From the human T2T-CHM13v2.0 reference genome, Homo sapiens, in the NCBI RefSeq assembly GCF_009914755.1, contig NC_060926.1: a stretch of 64,000 nucleotides of DNA, one strand, 5' to 3'. The position numbers were made by a program, and so were the translations under genes. This document shows, piece after piece, positions 57,036 through 64,000 of this stretch; position 1 is the stretch's first letter, and each line of letters starts with the position of its first letter. The notes beneath the pieces are model-generated. The model saw only the letters and a list, made by a program, of their open reading frames with translations. It did not search any database and was not told the origin of the DNA.

Positions 57036-57297
57036 GAAAACCAAATACCACATGTTCCTATAAGTAGGAGCAAAATGATGAGAAAACATGAAAACAAAGA
57101 ACAGAACAGCAGACACTGGGGTCTACTCAAGGATGGAGGGTGGGAGGAGGTAGATGAGCAGAAAAGATAACTATTGGGTACTGGACTTAATACCTGGGTA
57201 ATGAAGTAATCTGCACAGCAAACCCCATTATACGAGTTTACCCATGTAACAGACCTTCACATGTACCCCCAAACCTAAAATACAAATTAAAAAAAAA
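57036..57297 (+). mobile_element. L1P 3'-end fragment
   Basis: 'aaaaccaaataccacatgttc', 'gaaaagataactattgggtactggacttaatacctggg', 'cacatgtacccccaaacctaaaata' and poly-A; TSD-like aaaaaccctgttctaa / aaaaactcagttctaa. Confidence 0.9.
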
Positions 57298-59549
57298 GGA
57301 AAAACTCAGTTCTAAACTCTTAAATTTTAAAAGCAGTAGTTTATTAGTAAAAGGGCTCTGCTCTCTTCCCCCTAAAGTTAGTAATCTAAATTTTACAAGT
57401 ACATGGTATTGATGATCTCCAGGTAACGTTGTATTGAAAGATTTTTATCTTTTCATTATCTTTTAAATTAGAATATGATTAAATTAGAGAAACAGACTAT
57501 AGATACGCACATTCTTTCATCCTTGATGAAATGCTTGAGAATTCACCAGTATAGTATAATATTTTATACTATAATACAATATTCCAATGACTTATGGATA
57601 AACTCTCCTATCACCGATTTTGATAGAGTGCTCATGAAGACTGCATGTTCCTGGACATAATGAATGATTGGTTAAGGTATCAAGTTTAATTATATTTGCT
57701 TTAGATCCAGGATTTTCTTTGCCATGATATGATCTTTAAGGATATTTGCCTTTATTTTTACTGACATCATTGGGCTGCCTTATGGCGGTATTCGTGTGTG
57801 TGTGTAACATGTTGCCTGAAATATGTTCACTATTACATGTTCCCTGAATAGTTTCAAGGTAGAAATTCTGTTTTTTTAAAAAAGATATTTCTTTTGTCTA
57901 GCTAACTTTAATTTCAAGAAACTTTTAACCTAATCTCTTAATTACATAATTATCTTGAGAATCACTAGCTGGGTTTTGGTTACCGTTAGACTAATTCATG
58001 ATACAGTAAGTAATATTTTATGATCTATTGCAGATCGTTTCCCTTTTTAAGGCTAAATCTTGACCATAATTAATAAAATGCTTACCTTGTTTTGAACTCT
58101 GGTTTTAAGGGATTTAACCTAGCCAACCAAGATAAGAATTACAGTGAAACTCTTAGCAAATTAAGGAGCATTATACCATAGAGAGGAAAATTCTGAAGTC
58201 ATTCCCACAAATGGTGTCCAAATGAGCCTCACAGTGTCTTTGTAACACACCTCTCCATACCCTTCTCTCTGATACTGACATTTTCGCCTTTTGGGTCCAC
58301 CAGACTCACTGTTCTTAAGAGAAGCACAACTAAACCAAATGAGATTTTAGTAATCTCTAAATTGTTTCTTTAGATTCCAAGACTTTATTTTGTTGCATTT
58401 TGACTTTTTAAAGTGCTACTATGATTTTCTCATCTTTGATATTTCATGAGTCCAATGATTTAAATTTGTGTTTTCATGGTCTGTTAAGTTGCCAGTTGCC
58501 ATGTTGTCTCAGATTATAGGTAAGGTTGGCAACATTTGATACTAGGGGTCACTGGTATGCCTTAGCTTTTTGCTCACTGCTCTGTAACTCATTGTTTTTT
58601 CCATTCCCTTTCATTATTGTTCCCTTTCCATTTTCCTCCCTTCTTTGTCTACTCCCTTTTCTTCCCCTGACCCTTCTGTACTTCCTTATACTGCTTGCTT
58701 GTGGAACCCAGTTGTGGCTTAGCATCATGGGTGACTCCAGAGGGCTTACCCGTAGTTTTAATGAAAACAGATTGAATTTAGAATGCTTGAGAATTGACCA
58801 GATAGTCTTTTCCACTGTTTTTTCATTTACTGGTTTCTGGACTACCTCGCACACCCTCTTGGGAATAGTGTTACTCTCTTAGAATCAAATGGCTTGAACT
58901 TTAGATTGCTCTTATTCTCTTTTTTAATATTCAGGTTTTCCTTAACTCTTTGCTGCTTCAGAAAAAGTTTCGCTCATCTTATTATTCATTTATCATCTCT
59001 GTTTAAGCCAAAATTTGACTAGAACCAAGAGTATATTTATTGCTGCTGATAGGACCACATTAGACTTCCTCTGTGGTAGATTTAATTCTGTTAGATTGTA
59101 AAATAGTCATGTCTAGACAGAACATTGATTTCAAATTGACTATTGAACATGAAAATTCCAGGAATAGTGTATAGAGGAAGGAGGAGGAGGAGGAGAAATC
59201 AAGAAGGTAAGAAAACTACTGTAGATAGCAAGTGACTTTCTGTCATTCTCCACCTAGATTTCTTGTTAGTCACTTTTGTATACCCAGTGCATCTAGAGGT
59301 CAGGCTTTGTTTTAATAAAGGGACTTAAAGGAAATATGTTTTTGTCTCTGAGATTGGATTTTTTGAACTGTTAGAGTGGTGGACCTAAGGGAAAGAATTG
59401 GAAACTTCATATGGATAGTGATCAAGAATGTGGTCGTAGAGGTTGGTAGACTTGAGCTCTGGTGTCAGTGCTGCCAGTATCTAGCTTATGTATCATTTTC
59501 TGTTACTTGATTATTGTAGCACTTTTCTAGCTAAGATTCACCAGTTCCC

Positions 59550-60350
59550 TATCACTACTTCCTTTTCTTTCTAGTCCATCTGCATAGCTGCTGGAGTGAT
59601 CTTATTAAAAAATAAATCTGAATATGTTACCCTTGCTTAAAACCTTTCACTGACTGTGAGTCACCTTTAGCATAGAATCTAAAGTCTTAGAATGTCATAA
59701 AAGGTCCTTCATCGTTTGGTTCCTGCCTATTTTTTCTAACCTCTTGGTATTGGTTAAGAGTATAGACTCTGGATATAGACCTAATTGGTTTAAATCTTGG
59801 TTTCATAACTTAACCTTGGTCAAGTTACTTCACCTTTGTGTGCCTCAGTTTTCTCATCTACACAATGGGGGGATATTAATAGTGCCTACCTCAGAGAGTG
59901 GTTTGAATATTAAATGCTAGTTATTCTGCTGCAGCTTCTCCTCAGCCTGAGTACTATATTCCATCCATACAGACTTGACTTGCAGTTTCTTAAATGTGTA
60001 ATCCTTTATTGTATATCAGTATGGTGCCTTTGTACATATTACTCTTCCTCTTCTACCTGGCTAACCCCTTTTTGGTTTTAAGACTGAGAAGTATCACCTC
60101 TTTAGAAACATTTTCTCTGTCACTCAACCCAGATTGAGTTAGTTGCTTTCTGTTCATCTAACACCTTGTAAATGACCTTGATTTCAGTAATAATTGCAAA
60201 TGTTTACTTGCCTGTTTCCACTTTAGACTGTGCAAATGTTTACTTTCCTGTTTCTACTCTTTGAAGACATCTTTCCTTTATCCACACACCCATTCCTGGA
60301 ACCTGGTACACAATAGGTGCTCAGCAAATGTTTATTAAATGAATGAAATG
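59550..60350 (+). mobile_element. L2 3' part with a nested MIR (~59745-59915)
   Basis: L2 tail 'aggtgctcagcaaatgtttattaaatgaatgaa'; MIR core 'tgcctcagttttctcatctacacaatgggg'. Confidence 0.75.
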
Positions 60351-63300
60351 AAATTATTTCACTTCTCTGAGCCACGGTTGTCCTCTTAATGTATTGAAGT
60401 GGTGAACTTGGATTAGATGATCCCTGATTTTTTTTCCTACTCTGAAAGCTTTATGGTTCTATAATTTTAAGGTTAGAGTTCAGTGGTGACATTTTATTAA
60501 GAAAAGATGATTTTGCTCATTGTTTTGATATCTTTAAGTTATGTTCAAATTTAAATTTTTTTAAATAATTAAAATTAGAATTTGAATTATATAGATTTAG
60601 AGGGGATCTTAGGTATCCTCATGTTCCATGGCTTTCATACTTTTTTGACTGTAATACACAATAGGAATTACACATTGCATTATGACTTAGTTCCCATGTA
60701 GTAGTAGGGGTGTATGTATATATGTCTGTGTGCATCAGAAATGAAAGTTTCATGAACTGTGTACTCTTAACTATGTGCAGGACACTTATGTATTTTTATA
60801 TTACATTTCATTTAAAAAACATTGATCGTGACCCATTAATTGATTCATTGACCAACTAATGGATTGTAAATCCCTAAAACCAGTGACCTAGTTCAACAAT
60901 CCTTATTTCCTGTATTCAGTACTCTCTTAGTGGAAAAGGAAGCTTCATATGTAAATGTGTGCAATGAAAAATATATGCACTGAAAAATATGGTCATTAAT
61001 TAATCTACAATAGAGACTGTGTGCCTAGGTATAGAATATAGGGAAAACTGGTCTCAAGGGAGAACATGGCTCTTCCCTGATTAAGGTCTTCTCTCTTTTG
61101 GACTAGTCGAATAAATTAAGCACACACGAAGGCGCTGAAACAACATTAGATTGTAATTTTGGGGAGTTGGGATTTTTTAATTTAGGAAAGACTTGCTGGA
61201 CTTAGTACTGGAAAAAAAGTCTTAGACGGAGATTAGGAAGGATGTTAATATGAAGGAAAAGACACAAAATAGCATCAGGAACACAATAGCCATTTGAGAG
61301 TAAACTTGACCATGGATGAAGGCAAGGTGGGATGGAGAAATTTTGACTAAATCTGAGGAAGAGATTTGTGTGATGAAGAGAGTTCACAATTGCTTGAAGA
61401 AGTAGGACAATCTCAGGGGGTTAACCCTTAAATTCAAATGAAAAGTAATTAAAACTGAGGAGGTAAGAGTGGATGATACATATCCTGATGTATGTCCCAA
61501 ATACCCCATATGTGGATATAGGACTGAAAAGCAACTCGAAGACTAAGGTAGAATGGTAGCACTACTAAATAAAATTGGTAAGGAAGTAATGAGCCAGAGG
61601 AAAATTGAAAGTGCCTTCATAACTAAAAAAGTTTACAGATAGATATAGTTTTAGATGATAAGCATGAATAGAAATAAAGACATGTATTTGGAAAAATAAG
61701 AGTACATAATAAAACATGATAACGTAATATTCTCTTAAAGAGGCAGACACTGTATGATGGATATGTCTTCATTGTGAAGTCTAGTTAAAGAATTCTAAAC
61801 ATTAGTGGCTCAATATGTTGTTTATGTTTAAATGATGGTCAAATTTCAGTAATTACTCATACTGGTCATCCAGATTATATTCTTTGAAATCTGTATGAGA
61901 CCCTACAGTAAAATACACTGTTCTAAGGAAGTAGATTTAGATGCTTTTCTGAATTTGGTATATGGTATTCACGCTTGAAACCTAAACTTTTCAGTGACCA
62001 TTCTTTTGGACTAGTTTTTTCTTTGGTTGGCTGTAGTCACACTGGGAATTACTTTATTCTCTAATATTGCTAAAGAAAATAAATGTAAAGCAAGAAGAGA
62101 GTTACTACATTAGAAGGACTGGCTACACATGTGGGGAGGGGTTGCCTTTCAAAAGATTTTAAAAATGAATCAAGTCTTTACATATTGTAATAAAAGTAAG
62201 CCTATTTATAAAGCTTAGAGGGAGGAGTTTTCGTAGTTATGATTATTAACTTTAAAATTTTTATTTTAAAGGAAAAGTTTATTGTTCTTCCCATCTTCAT
62301 AACTATATGTGATATATCAAGCTTGCTCCAAGGCATTATTTCAAGAGGAAGGGGCATGGACAAGTTATGAGATCTTGGCACATTTCTAAAACTCTGAGAT
62401 TAACTTTTAAAATTTGTAAACCAAGATGTAGTAAATGAATTGATAACTCCACATAACATGGTAGCTGGTCCAGAGTAGATCTTACATATTAGTTTTTAAT
62501 CTATCTTTAAGTCCCATTTAAAAGGATATGGTATGTAAAACATTAAAAAATATAGATTTGGTTCTTGGGGGATATTTACATTTGCAGGTTACTTATCAGT
62601 CAGTTAATGTGAAATAATACTCTGACTAAATGATACAGCCAAAGAACATATCATTATAGAGAGCCAGATAGCTGCCAATAAATATCTAGAATATTCAGAT
62701 ATCGTGGTTCCTTACAAAGAGTTCTTTAAGGTCTCACTGTTTTAGCATGCATTAAAAAGAAACAATGGACTAAATCGTCTCTATTTATTAGTGGGAATTT
62801 AAAATATCTTTTTTTCTTGGACAACTTCTCTTAAACTTTTTAAGTGTTTTAAAACTTTTTAGTAGAAGTAAAGTTTTGAAAGATTCTCAAGTCTGTTTTT
62901 TAGGTACCAGCTACTTTAAGCTTTGAAAACACAAAGCTATTCAATGACTGTACTTTGAGATCAATATTTTGAATGTGGTATAATATTTTGGACTAAAACT
63001 TAAGAGTCTGTCATTCAAATTCCTACTTTCCTACTGACTCTTCTTTGACCTTTGACAGCCATTAAGATTTCACTTTACTCACCCTAAATTAAAGAGGGTG
63101 AAATAGGTATTCATTCACTTAACAAATCAATATTGAACTACATGCTAGACACTATGGTAAGTGCTTGGGATACATTATTAAACATGAAGACAGATATGAT
63201 TATGCCTTTCTGAAGCTTATAGTCATAAAGTAAGTAGTCAAATGAACAACATAATTACAGATTGTCATACGTGCTCGGACAGAAACTAACAGGGTGCCGA

Positions 63301-63360
63301 GAGGATTACTCTTTATTTGCCTTATCACATATCACATCTGTTTACTTTATCTGCCTATTT

Positions 63361-63651
63361 CTTTTTTTTTTGAGACTGAGTCTCGCTCTGTTGGCCAGGC
63401 TGGAGTGCAGTGGTGCAATCTTGGCTTACCACAACCCCAGCCTTCCAGTTCAAGTGATTCTCCTGCCTCAGCCTCCTGAGTAACTGGGACTACAGGCATG
63501 CGCCACCATGCCTGGCTAATTTTTGTATTTTTGGTAGAGAGGGGGTTTAACCATGTTGGGCAGGCTGGTCTCGAACTCCTGTCTCAAGTGATCTGCCCTC
63601 CTTGGCCTCCCAAAGTGCTGGGATTACAGGTGTGAGCCACCGCGCCTGGCC
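63361..63651 (-). mobile_element. AluS
   Basis: Full antisense Alu; TSD tatttctt; flanked by L2 fragments. Confidence 0.95.
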
Positions 63652-64000
63652 TATTTCTTATTTGTCCTTTCTAATATTAGAATGTAAGCTCTACTGGGGT
63701 GGGGAAGGGTGTGACTTTTTCTTAATACTTCCAATGCATGGCACAGTTTCTGGCACAGAGGCGAAGCTCAGTGAATATTTAACTAGCTGCCTGAAGCAAT
63801 GAATGCAGTGATGGGACTGGAGAGATAGGGACAGGATCATGCAGGTCTTTGATGTAACAGGGGAAGGAGTTAGAATAAAATGCAAATGGCAGTGTGAAGC
63901 AAAGAGTTTTAAGGAAGAGCAGATCTGGGTTATGTGTTGAGATCACTTTGGCAGCTATCTGAAAAACATACTGGAAGAGTGTAGGAGGGAAGAGGTGAGA

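Larger units (their letters stand above)
53682..64000 (+). other. ACVR2A: ACVR2A intron 1 (partial)
   Basis: Follows the exon-1 donor; no sequence encoding the next residues (AILGRSETQEC) seen in the window. Confidence 0.9.

Overview
Human/primate genomic DNA, not prokaryotic: AT-rich, CpG-depleted and dense in Alu, L1, L2 and MaLR repeats. The window covers about 52 kb of intergenic sequence upstream of ACVR2A (activin receptor type-2A), its CpG-island promoter (~52.3-53.85 kb), coding exon 1 (53627-53681, MGAAAKLAFAVFLISCSS/G) and the first ~10 kb of intron 1. The only other gene-derived element is an RPL26 processed pseudogene (~18770-19560), split by an Alu monomer and a purine microsatellite. 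I found no CRISPR array, RNA gene or new protein-coding system; nearly all ORF-track entries are repeat or GC-rich artefacts. The most interesting observations are regulatory or structural: (1) an interrupted (GCC)n repeat in the ACVR2A promoter with an antisense GTG-initiated poly-Gly frame; (2) a candidate 5'UTR intron whose removal would delete two uAUGs, one opening an out-of-frame ORF that overlaps the ACVR2A start; (3) a CpG-rich solo LTR12 (ERV9) promoter pointing at ACVR2A and followed directly by an inverted Alu pair; (4) an ancient local inverted duplication inside an L1; (5) several repeat-rearrangement scars. Repeat subfamily calls and boundaries were made by eye and are approximate.
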